Assembly: GCA_038258985.1 (NCBI GenBank)
Contig: JBBSPH010000001.1
Coordinates: 1-32,550, forward strand
Reading direction: 5' to 3'
DNA from: Flavobacteriales bacterium
GTDB lineage: Bacteria > Bacteroidota > Bacteroidia > Flavobacteriales > Flavobacteriaceae
DNA length: 32,550 nt
The translations under genes were made by a program, and so were the position numbers. The notes below the pieces were generated by a model that was not told the origin of the DNA, ran no database searches, and saw nothing but the letters and a program-made list of their open reading frames with translations. Shown here piece by piece: positions 1-8,822 of this stretch (its first letter is position 1; every line of letters starts with the position of its first letter).

Positions 1-452
1 ACAAAAAGAAAAAATTCCAATACATCATTGAGGAATGGGGCGCAGACCTACAATCAGAACATGAGCGTTTCCTAGTAGAAAAGCACTTTGAATGTCCCGT
101 GATTTTGTTTGACTACCCTGCAAAAATCAAGGCATTCTACATGCGCCTGAATGAAAAGGATAAGGAAGGCCGTGAAACCGTAAGGGCAATGGATATTCTC
201 TTTCCTGGAATAGGCGAGATCGTCGGTGGATCCCAGCGGGAGGAGCGTTACGATGTTTTAAAGCAAAAGATGGAAACCATGGGAATTCCAGAAGAGGAAT
301 TGTGGTGGTACCTAGAAATGCGCAAATTCGGCAGTGTTACACATAGTGGTTTTGGACTTGGTTTTGAGCGTCTGGTATTGTTTGTTACTGGTATGACTAA
401 CATCAGGGATGTGATCCCATTCCCTCGCACGCCAGGGAATGCGGCTTTTTAA
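1..452 (+). CDS. asnS: asparagine--tRNA ligase, 3' part (truncated by window start; frame open from position 3)
   Basis: [33 protein letters not shown] and class II motif 3 [20 protein letters not shown]. Confidence 0.96.
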   Translation, partial: KKKKFQYIIEEWGADLQSEHERFLVEKHFECPVILFDYPAKIKAFYMRLNEKDKEGRETVRAMDILFPGIGEIVGGSQREERYDVLKQKMETMGIPEEELWWYLEMRKFGSVTHSGFGLGFERLVLFVTGMTNIRDVIPFPRTPGNAAF

Positions 453-612
453 GGATTGGCGTTTGACTGGTGCTTTCGTCGCTTTACTATGAAGTTGTTG
501 GAGTACACGAGATCGACAGTTGTAATGATTCAAATTTCAATAGCATCCAGCTTTGAATTCAGTGATTTGTGCAACCAATACTCCTCTGTTTTGAAGTTTT
601 AAAAAAGTGTTT

Positions 613-725
613 GTGTTAGGGATAGAAGCGGAAATCCTTTTGAGCCATTCTCATGGCTCAAAAGATTGTAGCGCATAGCCTGGCCACATGCGCCGCGCGG
701 AGCGGAGCCGAAGTGCAACGCCCAA
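613..725 (+). ncRNA. structured intergenic element resembling a flavobacterial dispersed RNA motif/repeat (Flavo-1-like, from memory)
   Basis: GTTAGGGATAGAAGCGGAAATC, perfect 12-bp hairpin CTTTTGAGCCAT (637-648) / ATGGCTCAAAAG (653-664), then ATTGTAGCGCATAGCC and a GC-rich tail in an AT-rich spacer; family assignment not verified. Confidence 0.45.
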
Positions 726-866
726 AAAGATATTTAGCGTACATTGATCCCAAGAACAGTGCTCGAATCAGCAGGGGTATTGCAATTGGATGTCATTGTG
801 TATTTTACAATTTCAATGGCATTTTAGTATCTGGCTTTTTCTATTTTTACTAGTACACACCATTCC

Positions 867-2321
867 ATGCTTAAACAGTCCTTAAACTTCAAGCTTTCAC
901 AGAAGCTATCACCGCAGCAGATCCAACTTATGAAGTTGATCCAGTTGCCCACACAGGCTTTTGAGCAACGGGTAAAGTCAGAACTTGAGGAAAACCCAGC
1001 GTTAGACGACGGTCGTGAAAAAGGGGAGGATGAGTACGATGAGTTCTCCAACGAGAATGAAAATGAATATGAGGACACTCAGGAGCCAGACATCAATGTC
1101 GATGACTATTTGAGTGACGACGAGATTCCCGACTACCGCACGCGGGCAAATAATTACAGCGCAGATGACGAGGAGACGAGTATTCCCTACGCATCTGGTA
1201 AATCTTTTGCGCAAACGCTCACAGATCAATTAAATACTCGACGTCTGACTGACCAGGAGCAAGGAATTGCAGAATTTCTGGTAGGCAGCATTGACAACAG
1301 CGGTTACATACGCCGGGAATTGGAGGATATTACGGATGATCTTGCCTTTACCATGAACATTTTTACAGATGTGGAAGAGGTGGAAAAGGTGCTGAAGATC
1401 GTCCAACAGTTAGATCCTGCGGGCGTAGGTGCCAGAGACTTGAGGGAATGTCTAGTTATTCAGCTTTCGCGAAAGCGGAACAACCCAGAAACTGCGCTAG
1501 CCTTGAGTATCATTCGGGATTCCTTTGATGCATTCAGCAAGAAACATTATAAGAAATTGATCGCCAAGTATGACATTACAGAAGATGATCTTCGTGATGT
1601 TATTGACGAAATAAGCCATCTAAACCCTAAACCCGGTAGTTCTTATGCTGGTGGCAGTACCAGAATTGTAGAACAGGTGGTTCCAGATTTTACCATACGT
1701 ATAAAAGATGGAGAGCTTGAACTCACCCTAAATGGTCGCAACACACCAGAATTGCATGTGAGCCGTGATTACTCCAATATGTTGAAGGGATATAAGGAGG
1801 CCAAGGAAAAAACCAAATCGCAGAAGGATGCCGTCATGTTTATCAAACAAAAGTTGGATGGTGCCAAATGGTTTATTGAAGCGATCAAACAGCGTCAAGA
1901 AACGTTGTTTATGACGATGTCTTCCATCATGAATTATCAGCAAAAATTCTTTCTCACTGGTGATGAGCGCAATTTGCGTCCAATGATCTTAAAGGATATT
2001 GCTGACGAGATACAGATGGATGTTTCTACCGTTTCCCGCGTGGCAAATTCTAAATATGTGGACACACCCTACGGCACAAAATTGATCAAGGAATTCTTTT
2101 CAGAATCAATGACGAACACGGATGGCGAAGAGGTTTCTACCCGAGAAATTAAAAAGATTCTAGAAACAGTCATTGGTGAGGAGAGTAAGAAAAAACCGCT
2201 CACCGATCAAAAACTTGCCGAAATACTTAAGGAAAAGGGTTATCCTATTGCAAGACGAACAGTTGCCAAATATCGAGAGCAGTTAGATATTCCCGTTGCT
2301 CGATTGCGCAAACAAATCTAG
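867..2321 (+). CDS. rpoN: RNA polymerase sigma-54 factor
   Basis: Q/L-rich N-terminus (LSPQQIQLMKLIQLP), HTH DVSTVSRV, RpoN box ARRTVAKYRE. Confidence 0.98.
   Translation: MLKQSLNFKLSQKLSPQQIQLMKLIQLPTQAFEQRVKSELEENPALDDGREKGEDEYDEFSNENENEYEDTQEPDINVDDYLSDDEIPDYRTRANNYSADDEETSIPYASGKSFAQTLTDQLNTRRLTDQEQGIAEFLVGSIDNSGYIRRELEDITDDLAFTMNIFTDVEEVEKVLKIVQQLDPAGVGARDLRECLVIQLSRKRNNPETALALSIIRDSFDAFSKKHYKKLIAKYDITEDDLRDVIDEISHLNPKPGSSYAGGSTRIVEQVVPDFTIRIKDGELELTLNGRNTPELHVSRDYSNMLKGYKEAKEKTKSQKDAVMFIKQKLDGAKWFIEAIKQRQETLFMTMSSIMNYQQKFFLTGDERNLRPMILKDIADEIQMDVSTVSRVANSKYVDTPYGTKLIKEFFSESMTNTDGEEVSTREIKKILETVIGEESKKKPLTDQKLAEILKEKGYPIARRTVAKYREQLDIPVARLRKQI
1463..1476. repeat. dispersed palindrome copy 1 (in rpoN, read LSRKR)
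   Basis: GCTTTCGCGAAAGC perfect. Confidence 0.9.
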
Positions 2322-2327
2322 GTCTGC

Positions 2328-2933
2328 ATGGGTAGGTTTTTACGCGTTTGGAGTTTCATCTCCAGTCCATTGTTTATTCCTTTATGGATTTCAATTTGGT
2401 ACTTGAGCTACTCTGAGGGATTAGATAGCCCAAACGTATCCTTGAAGTTATATATTATTGGAATAACTACTGCTGTAATTCCGTTGGTAATCTATACGGT
2501 TTTGAAAGTCTTAAAGCTGGCAGACAGTATTCATCTGTCTAGCACTAGAGAGCGATTACTACCACTTGTCATCTACAGTATTCTCTTAATAATTGTGCTA
2601 AGAGGTGTGTTTCAGGACGGAGTATTCACACCTCTGTATTACTTTTTTATTGGAATTTTAATGTCCGCCATAGTTGCCCTTGTGCTAGCGTTATTTCAGT
2701 TTAAGATTAGTCTGCACATGATGGGAATGTCGGGAGCCTTGGGATTTGTGGTTATGATCAGCGTGCTGGTAGGTATTCCACTTGTTTTTTTTATTGCTGG
2801 AATAGGCGTGGCAACTGGACTTACGGCAACTTCTAGGTTGTATATGAAGGCACATTCACCTGTTGAGCTGGTCTTTGGTGTTATCGTTGGATTATTGATC
2901 CAGATAAGCCTGTCGAGTTATTACTTACTTTAA
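2328..2933 (+). CDS. integral membrane protein, PAP2-like C-terminal motifs
   Basis: about six hydrophobic helices; KISLH and SRLYMKAH motifs. Confidence 0.7.
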   Translation: MGRFLRVWSFISSPLFIPLWISIWYLSYSEGLDSPNVSLKLYIIGITTAVIPLVIYTVLKVLKLADSIHLSSTRERLLPLVIYSILLIIVLRGVFQDGVFTPLYYFFIGILMSAIVALVLALFQFKISLHMMGMSGALGFVVMISVLVGIPLVFFIAGIGVATGLTATSRLYMKAHSPVELVFGVIVGLLIQISLSSYYLL

Positions 2934-3649
2934 AGTATATAAAATTCAATACCAAATTTTATAGGCTGTAATCCTACTGCCTGTCCATCTGTAGTTAGCG
3001 CATTATCATTAAACAGCGAATTGATGTTGTAGTGCACAAAGGCATTAAAGCTACCGTTACCAATAGCTAACGTGGCCGCGTACCTAAATTTGTTTAATTC
3101 CGCAACATCTGTTTGTTTGAGTGTTTCACCAGCTGCCTTATAGGTTGATTTAAAAGCTACGATGTACCCAAACTTTATTCCAGGGTAGATACGCCAGAAA
3201 TTGGTCGTTGTGGCCGTAGATGTACGCCAGCGCAACTGAAGTGGTACCTCAACAAGATTTGTATTGAATCGATTGGAATCATAATCAAGTTCATTTCTAT
3301 CAAGAATCTGATAGATGGTTTGATTATCTTCCGATTGGCCTATAAATAAATTTGAATTGTAAGTGTTAGTTGACAATCCAACACCCAGACCTATCGCAAC
3401 ATTGCGTCGTTCATTGAGTGGCATATCCCTGATGAATCCTAAATGGACACCACCTGAAAAGCCATTCTGAGAAAAGGCTGATGGATCACCGGTAATCAAA
3501 TTGAAGGATAACCCAAAATAAAATTGATCCTCCCTGTACAAACTGTCAACGACTTCTGGAATCGCGTTTTCTTCCCGAGTTACATTAACATTCTGAGACT
3601 GCGCTAGTGATCCTGCACATAAAATGATGATTGTCCACAAATGTTTCAT
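2930..3649 (-). CDS. outer-membrane beta-barrel (porin family/PorT-like) protein
   Basis: signal peptide, YREDQFY motif, VEVPLQLRWR, alternating beta strands, aromatic residue near C-terminus. Confidence 0.75.
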   Translation of the reverse strand: MKHLWTIIILCAGSLAQSQNVNVTREENAIPEVVDSLYREDQFYFGLSFNLITGDPSAFSQNGFSGGVHLGFIRDMPLNERRNVAIGLGVGLSTNTYNSNLFIGQSEDNQTIYQILDRNELDYDSNRFNTNLVEVPLQLRWRTSTATTTNFWRIYPGIKFGYIVAFKSTYKAAGETLKQTDVAELNKFRYAATLAIGNGSFNAFVHYNINSLFNDNALTTDGQAVGLQPIKFGIEFYIL

Positions 3650-3686
3650 GAGTTAAAGATAAACAATGGAAGAAATGTATAACCAT

Positions 3687-3713
3687 AAAAAAACCACCTC
3701 AATGAGGTGGTTT
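3687..3713 (-). terminator. intrinsic terminator after the exbB-exbD operon
   Basis: stem AAACCACCTC / GAGGTGGTTT with a T-run on the minus strand, about 20 nt after the exbD stop. Confidence 0.8.
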
Positions 3714-3732
3714 ATAGTACTGGAATCAATTA

Positions 3733-4218
3733 TTATCGATTCATGTTTTTCATTGGATCACCTTTCTTGGCCGTGTAATTTATTTTCAAGGCCATAGCAT
3801 CTCTCAACTCCTGCTTAACATCAGTCAAAGGTCCTATTTTAGAATTGCTGTCCACTTTTAAAGAAACCATCATTTCATCCTGAATATCTTCAGACATGTC
3901 ATTTCTCTTAGAATTTACATACGTCTGAACTTCAGAAATACTAGAAATCTTATCACCCAACTGGATCACGTCAGTTGTTCCAAAAGTTTTCTGGTATTGA
4001 GCACTTGGTTTCCCGATATAGATATAGATCAACTTGTTTTTGCTCTCCAATTTTTCAACTTGATTGGCGTTAGGCAATCTATTTTCAATCATTAACTCAT
4101 CCTCTCTCATCACAGTAGCTACCATGAAAAAGAAGAGAAGCATGAAAACAATATCCGGCAAAGATGCTGTAGATATCGCGGGTAGATCACCGCTCTTTTG
4201 TTTTTTAAACTTTGACAT
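3733..4218 (-). CDS. exbD: ExbD/TolR family biopolymer transporter
   Basis: SLPDIVFMLLFFFMV transmembrane helix with conserved Asp. Confidence 0.9.
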   Translation of the reverse strand: MSKFKKQKSGDLPAISTASLPDIVFMLLFFFMVATVMREDELMIENRLPNANQVEKLESKNKLIYIYIGKPSAQYQKTFGTTDVIQLGDKISSISEVQTYVNSKRNDMSEDIQDEMMVSLKVDSNSKIGPLTDVKQELRDAMALKINYTAKKGDPMKNMNR

Positions 4219-4219
4219 A

Positions 4220-4843
4220 TTATCCTTCTTGTGGTTCAGCTTCAGACAGCTTAAGTGGAAAAAGATCTTGGATCTCTTCTACTTGCAGTCCTAATTTGTC
4301 GTATTCTGGAGTCTCTTTTTCTGTTTCTGGCCATTCTTTATAGCGCAAATACATTTTTTCAAAGGTCTCGTTAAAGCGGGCTTCAGACTCTCGGTTACGT
4401 AATATGGTGTAGGCTCTAACTAACTCGTTATAAACTGTCACATACATATTATAAGTCGCCTGTCTATCGTTCACTAGAGAGATTACGGCCTTATCTGGAT
4501 TATCAGAACTTGCAGGATCACGCTCACCACGACAGTAAGTGCAAGCAGCAGGTCCTTCACCACCACCGTTATCTAGAAAAGCAACAGCAGCTTCCGTCAA
4601 ATCACCTATTTCCATCAACTCATCCTCAACCAGCAATTGATTATTCTGATTCACAAGAACCTGAAAAATATTCTTTTGCTTGATCGGTGGCGGTTCAACC
4701 TCGTCTGGCACCGGCGGTGGCAGTTTACTTTGAATACCACTATCTACCTCAATGGTTGTAGTAACCAAGAAAAATATGAGGAGAAGAAATGCGATATCTG
4801 CCATAGATCCAGCATTAACTTCAGGTGCAGATCTCTTAGCCAT
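4220..4843 (-). CDS. exbD: ExbD/TolR family biopolymer transporter
   Basis: NAGSMADIAFLLLIFFLVTT motif. Confidence 0.9.
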   Translation of the reverse strand: MAKRSAPEVNAGSMADIAFLLLIFFLVTTTIEVDSGIQSKLPPPVPDEVEPPPIKQKNIFQVLVNQNNQLLVEDELMEIGDLTEAAVAFLDNGGGEGPAACTYCRGERDPASSDNPDKAVISLVNDRQATYNMYVTVYNELVRAYTILRNRESEARFNETFEKMYLRYKEWPETEKETPEYDKLGLQVEEIQDLFPLKLSEAEPQEG

Positions 4844-4846
4844 AAT

Positions 4847-5323
4847 TTATTTTTTAATAAGTTTAGATACTCCAGCCCATAGGATCGATCCTACCGCTAA
4901 AATTGCAATGATGTAAAACGTCCATAGAGACGCGCCAATCCATCTAGAATCAAACGCTGTCAATGGCTCACCATCATCTAGCATGATCTGTCTACCATTT
5001 GCAGGATCTAAAACGCTGTCATCTGCAAAGACAAAATACGCTACTAAAATAATAGCAACTAATATGCCAACTGAAACCAAGGCTCTTTTAAGAGCAGCGG
5101 GCTTACTAACTAGATTGATAACTACAAATACCGCTACTAGAACGAGTATGATAGCCATTACGATGTACGCGATGTACATCATGGGAACTACTGTCATCGA
5201 CTGCACACCGTCCACATCTAGCTGTATAGGTTCGTCACCTATGCTCATTGCATAGATAAAGAAGATCGCAGCTAGAAGGCACAATACCAGCGATGCGTAT
5301 TTAAATACTTTATGTAAAATCAT
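4847..5323 (-). CDS. four-helix membrane protein in the exbB-exbD operon
   Basis: four hydrophobic segments; tightly packed between exbB and exbD. Confidence 0.75.
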   Translation of the reverse strand: MILHKVFKYASLVLCLLAAIFFIYAMSIGDEPIQLDVDGVQSMTVVPMMYIAYIVMAIILVLVAVFVVINLVSKPAALKRALVSVGILVAIILVAYFVFADDSVLDPANGRQIMLDDGEPLTAFDSRWIGASLWTFYIIAILAVGSILWAGVSKLIKK

Positions 5324-5348
5324 GATTGAGTCTTGATTTAAAGGTTAA

Positions 5349-6134
5349 TTACAACTTACCATTCTTGTAGTCTACAAGAATATCGATAAGAGTAATAGAT
5401 GCATCTTCCATGTCGTTAACGATACTATCGATTTTAGCTACAATATAATTGTAGAAAATCTGTAGGATGATCGCTACGATCAAACCAAATACCGTAGTCA
5501 AAAGTGCTACCTTAATACCAGTTGCTACTAGAGCAGGCTCCATCGTACCAGCCTCAGCAATACTGTCAAAAGACTGAATCATACCTATTACCGTACCCAT
5601 AAACCCAAGCATGGGAGCAAGTGCGATAAATAGGGAAACCCAAGAAACGTTCTTCTCCAATTGACCCATCTGTACACCACCGTAAGCCACCACCGCTTTC
5701 TCAGCAGCCTCAACGCTTTCATCTGCTCTATCAAGACCTTGATAGTAGATAGAAGCAACTGGACCCTTCGTGTTGCGACATACATCCTTAGCAGCCTCGA
5801 TACCACCGCTTTTCAATGCCTCTTCAACATCAGCAGCTAATTTCTTAGAGTTTGTTGTAGAAAGATTAAGGTAGATGATACGCTCAATAGCTATGGCAAG
5901 TCCTAAAATCAAACAAACAAGTACGATGGACATAAATAAAGGCCCACCTTCTATAAAACGTTTTTTTAGTTCTTGGTGAAAGCTAACCGTAGTTTCTACT
6001 TCTGGCTCTGCATCGTCCTGGGCAGTAACCATCGTGGCGACTGCTGCGTTAGTTGTTGTTGTTGCTGTCGCAGTAGATGACATTCCTAATATCATTACAA
6101 CTGCCATGAACAAAATTGAAAGTGATCGTTTCAT
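5349..6134 (-). CDS. exbB: MotA/TolQ/ExbB proton channel family protein
   Basis: APMLGFMGTVIGMI and GIKVALLTTVFGLIVAI motifs. Confidence 0.93.
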   Translation of the reverse strand: MKRSLSILFMAVVMILGMSSTATATTTTNAAVATMVTAQDDAEPEVETTVSFHQELKKRFIEGGPLFMSIVLVCLILGLAIAIERIIYLNLSTTNSKKLAADVEEALKSGGIEAAKDVCRNTKGPVASIYYQGLDRADESVEAAEKAVVAYGGVQMGQLEKNVSWVSLFIALAPMLGFMGTVIGMIQSFDSIAEAGTMEPALVATGIKVALLTTVFGLIVAIILQIFYNYIVAKIDSIVNDMEDASITLIDILVDYKNGKL

Positions 6135-6355
6135 TTTTAGATTTATTGATTTATTGATTTTCTATTGAAGGGCTAAATATATAATTTATTGAGTTAAAAG
6201 CGAACTTCTCAAGAATTTCTATCTGGATTTAACCAAGTTTTTTTCACCGCGGTGGCTGTTTTCCATTTTCTAGAATAGCTTTTTAAAGCAATAAATAGAA
6301 GTAAACTCCACGGAACCACGAAATTATACAAAAGCATAGGTGGATAATGTTTTCC

Positions 6356-6369
6356 GCTTTCGCGAAAGC
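6356..6369. repeat. dispersed palindrome copy 2 (intergenic)
   Basis: TTCC-GCTTTCGCGAAAGC perfect. Confidence 0.9.
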
Positions 6370-6402
6370 AAAACAACCACCACTATTTTACTTCTTAAAG
6401 AA

Positions 6403-7341
6403 TTAACGTTCCTTACGGTACCAGTCGATTTGCTCCTGCACTCCCTGTTCCAGACCTACATGAGGATGATAATTCAATAATTCGTTTGCTTTCTTTATTA
6501 CTGCCTTGGTACGCAATTGGTCACCAGTGCGCGCCGGGCAGTGATCGATCTGTATCTGCGTCTTTAGCAATTTTTCCACCACCTGGATGCCCTGTGCGGT
6601 GGTATATTCATTATCCGTCCCTAAGTTGATGATCTCTCCATCACATCCAGATCCATTATCAATTACACTCACAATACCGTCAATGATATCATTTATATGT
6701 GTAAAGCTGCGTTTGTGGTCCAGGCTACCATTAAAAAGCGGGAACTTCTTGTTGTTGAGCGCACAATCAATCAACTGGCTAAACATCTTGTCTGGGCGCT
6801 CCCTAGATCCATAAACGGAATAGAGCCGGAGCGAACAGGAAGGAAAATCTCCCAATCGCGAGTGGGAAAGGACTATCTGCTCTGCCGCCAGCTTAGTAAC
6901 TCCATAATAGGAAATGGGCTTTGCCATCGTCTCCTCATCACAAAAAACATCCTTACCATATATAGAGGAGGTACCGACATTGACGAACAACGCCAGATTC
7001 TTGCAGGTTTTTGCATATGTGGTCAACCGCTGTGTGGCAATTACATTGTTGGTCAGGTAGTCCTCAAATGTAGAACTGGAAGCGATTCCAGGCTGTGCGG
7101 CAACATGAAAGATATAGTCAAAATAAGACGGCAACTGTTCATTAAGGTCCGCAGTTCTTAAATCTAACTCGGTTATGGAAACTCCTTCGCTCGATAGCGT
7201 TGCGGCGTTACGCCGCTTAAGCGTGACATCGTAGTAAGAAGAAAAATTATCAAGTCCGGTGACCTTATGGCCCGCAGCATGCAAACGGCTTGCAAGGTGT
7301 GACCCTATAAAACCAGCTGCTCCAGTGATGAGTATATTCAT
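6403..7341 (-). CDS. NAD-dependent epimerase/dehydratase (UDP-glucuronate 4-epimerase-like)
   Basis: TGAAGFIG Rossmann motif, HVAAQPG, SSIYG, YGVTK catalytic YxxxK, RPD motif. Confidence 0.88.
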   Translation of the reverse strand: MNILITGAAGFIGSHLASRLHAAGHKVTGLDNFSSYYDVTLKRRNAATLSSEGVSITELDLRTADLNEQLPSYFDYIFHVAAQPGIASSSTFEDYLTNNVIATQRLTTYAKTCKNLALFVNVGTSSIYGKDVFCDEETMAKPISYYGVTKLAAEQIVLSHSRLGDFPSCSLRLYSVYGSRERPDKMFSQLIDCALNNKKFPLFNGSLDHKRSFTHINDIIDGIVSVIDNGSGCDGEIINLGTDNEYTTAQGIQVVEKLLKTQIQIDHCPARTGDQLRTKAVIKKANELLNYHPHVGLEQGVQEQIDWYRKER

Positions 7342-7491
7342 GAGAAATCAGGGTAGAACACCAAAGAAAAACAGAAAAAACCTACCCGCAAAGGTTTCTA
7401 CCGTATAGTTGCAAAAACAGGCCAACTTCAAAGTTACTTTAGATTATGCTTGTATTTTCGTATTTTGTAGAACCACTGTCTTAAATCATTC

Positions 7492-8205
7492 ATGGATCAA
7501 ATCCTAACTATCATCGTTCCTGTTTATAATGAAGAAGATAATCTGGCCAGGGTACAGTTGGAACTACAACACTACATAGACTCCAGCACCATACAGACAG
7601 GAGTGCTATTTGTGAATGATGGTTCCAAGGATGGAAGTATCGGTTTAATTAAAACTATCTGTACCGGAAACCCAGCCTTCAGCTATGTTGATTTTGATAG
7701 GAACTACGGCTTGAGTGCGGCAATCAAAGCAGGTTTCGACCATACCACCAGCAAATATGTAGGTTATATTGATTCCGATCTCCAGACCAGCCCTATGGAT
7801 TTTGACCTTTTGCTGGAACATATTACAGATTTTGACCTAGTGACAGGCGTACGCTCACAGCGCAAGGACAGTTTTGTAAAGAACATGTCTTCCACCATCG
7901 CAAATGGTATACGACGCAGCTTTACCCACGACGGTATGGACGATACTGGGTGTCCGCTGAAAATTATAAAAACTGAGGTTGCGCAGCGCATTCCCATGTT
8001 CAAGGGATTACACCGCTTTCTACCTGCCATGGTGTTATTACAGGGTGGCAAGGTGAAGCAAGTTCCCGTAAGGCATTTTGAACGTACTGCTGGCACGGCA
8101 AAATTTGGCCTATGGAATAGGCTCTTGGGTCCACTCATGGATTGCTTTGCCTATTTATGGATGAAAAAGAAATATATTAATTACAGAGTGGCAGATAAGG
8201 GATGA
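7492..8205 (+). CDS. GT2 polyprenol-phosphate glycosyltransferase (ArnC/DPM1-like)
   Basis: VPVYNEEDN, VNDGSKD, IDSDLQ, DTGCPLK, HRFLP. Confidence 0.9.
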   Translation: MDQILTIIVPVYNEEDNLARVQLELQHYIDSSTIQTGVLFVNDGSKDGSIGLIKTICTGNPAFSYVDFDRNYGLSAAIKAGFDHTTSKYVGYIDSDLQTSPMDFDLLLEHITDFDLVTGVRSQRKDSFVKNMSSTIANGIRRSFTHDGMDDTGCPLKIIKTEVAQRIPMFKGLHRFLPAMVLLQGGKVKQVPVRHFERTAGTAKFGLWNRLLGPLMDCFAYLWMKKKYINYRVADKG

Positions 8206-8822
8206 GCAGCTGGTTGATCTACTCCATAGGATTTATCGCCCAGATTTTGTTTTCTGGAAGATCAGTTATGCAGTGGGTGGTATCAGAGAAAAACAAGCGT
8301 GTACTCACACCCGTTCTCTTCTGGCAACTCAGTTTGATTGCCTCCTTTCTCCTATTTGTTTATGGATACCTGCGCGACGATTTTGCGATCATGCTGGGTC
8401 AATCGCTTACCTATTTCATTTATATAAGGAACATGCAGTTACAAGGCAGCTGGCAATCCTTCCCAAAACTATTGCGCTGGTTTCTCTACGGTTTCCCGCT
8501 GATTATCCTAATTATAGGGTACAACAATCAGGTATACGACCGTGAAATACTTTTCCATAATGAGGCAATTCCATTGTGGCTATTGTTATTGGGTATTTGC
8601 GGCCAGATAATTTTTACCCTTCGTTTTATCTATCAATGGTTCTACTCAGAAAAGCGGAAGGAGTCTACCCTACCCATGGGATTCTGGGTTCTCAGTCTTG
8701 TGGGATCATTGCTTATATTGACCTATGCCATCATACGTAAAGATCCGGTATTGTTGGCTGGGCACATACTAGGTCTTTTCCTTTATATACGTAATATGGT
8801 TTTACTTAAAAAACAGCTATGA
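8202..8822 (+). CDS. membrane protein with tandem lipid A biosynthesis N-terminal (LAB_N) domains
   Basis: two repeats of the GQxxFxxRxxxQW..SE..PxxFWxLSL pattern; ATGA overlaps with both neighbours. Confidence 0.85.
   Translation: MSSWLIYSIGFIAQILFSGRSVMQWVVSEKNKRVLTPVLFWQLSLIASFLLFVYGYLRDDFAIMLGQSLTYFIYIRNMQLQGSWQSFPKLLRWFLYGFPLIILIIGYNNQVYDREILFHNEAIPLWLLLLGICGQIIFTLRFIYQWFYSEKRKESTLPMGFWVLSLVGSLLILTYAIIRKDPVLLAGHILGLFLYIRNMVLLKKQL

Noticed and set aside
653-853. 66-aa ORF upstream of rpoN
   Set aside because: It starts inside the hairpin element and has no recognisable motif; probably spurious.
6200-6400. attL/attR duplication of the tRNA-Ser 3' end
   Set aside because: No copy of GCAGAGAGGAAGGGATTCGAACC seen here or elsewhere in the window.
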